DNA of 64,000 nt from Rhina ancylostomus (Eukaryota), in NCBI GenBank assembly GCA_030265395.1, contig JARFYF010000104.1, positions 26,309,055 through 26,373,054 on the forward strand, given 5' to 3'. How positions within the stretch are numbered: the stretch's first letter is position 1; every line of letters begins with the position of its first letter. Made by a program: the position numbers and the translations under genes. Of this stretch, positions 63,901-64,000 are shown piece by piece. The notes beneath the pieces are model-generated. The model worked only from the letters and a program-made list of their open reading frames with translations, ran no database searches and was not told the DNA's origin.

Positions 63901-64000
63901 AACAATTAGCTGACTTACCTCTTAAATGCCTGCGAGTGAAACTCACAAGCAAACAAAGGGATACCCTTCTTCCCCAAGTCCCTGCTCTCGCTCCAAGTTG

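Larger units (their letters stand above)
27997..64000 (-). other. MAP1B: Probable MAP1B intron 2 (partial; exons 1-2 beyond the window end)
   Basis: No exon-2 peptide (GIRSWDTNL...RHSARFS) seen in the ORF track or by eye. Intron 2 is long in mammals. A short exon could be hidden in an N gap or missed. Confidence 0.7.

Noticed and set aside
28100-64000. Numerous 60-140 aa ORFs as a nested gene, and any CRISPR or prokaryotic system
   Set aside because: The ORFs are transposon remnants, N-gap artefacts or random composition with no coherent exon chain. There is no regularly spaced repeat-spacer array, and the DNA is vertebrate.

Overview
Eukaryotic (vertebrate) genomic DNA, almost certainly from an elasmobranch (shark or ray), judged from HE1-type V-SINEs, SacSINE1/DeuSINE-like elements and abundant CR1 and Penelope remnants. 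The one host gene is MAP1B (microtubule-associated protein 1B) on the minus strand. Exons 3-7 can be placed exactly with GT-AG boundaries and consistent phases: 27914-27996 (83 nt), 23451-23591 (141 nt), 16433-22379 (5947 nt), 12828-13066 (239 nt) and 9735-9890 (156 nt coding, ending ...FPACKIEL*). A repeat-free 3' UTR of about 6 kb probably ends near the AATAAA at 3816-3821. Exons 1-2 are not visible, so 28-64 kb is probably the long intron 2. The introns are a patchwork of decayed CR1, RTE and Penelope-like elements and SINEs. Most notable: (i) about a dozen Penelope-derived minimal hammerhead-ribozyme motifs, several in fold-back inverted repeats, one with a perfect 13-bp target-site duplication just downstream of exon 4; (ii) this MAP1B lacks the mammalian neuraxin (YSYE/TTRTP) repeat array; (iii) a tight miR-23/181/124/9 seed cluster in the 3' UTR. 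I cannot demonstrate a wholly new biological system. Family and ortholog comparisons are from recall, not database searches, and element boundaries are approximate.
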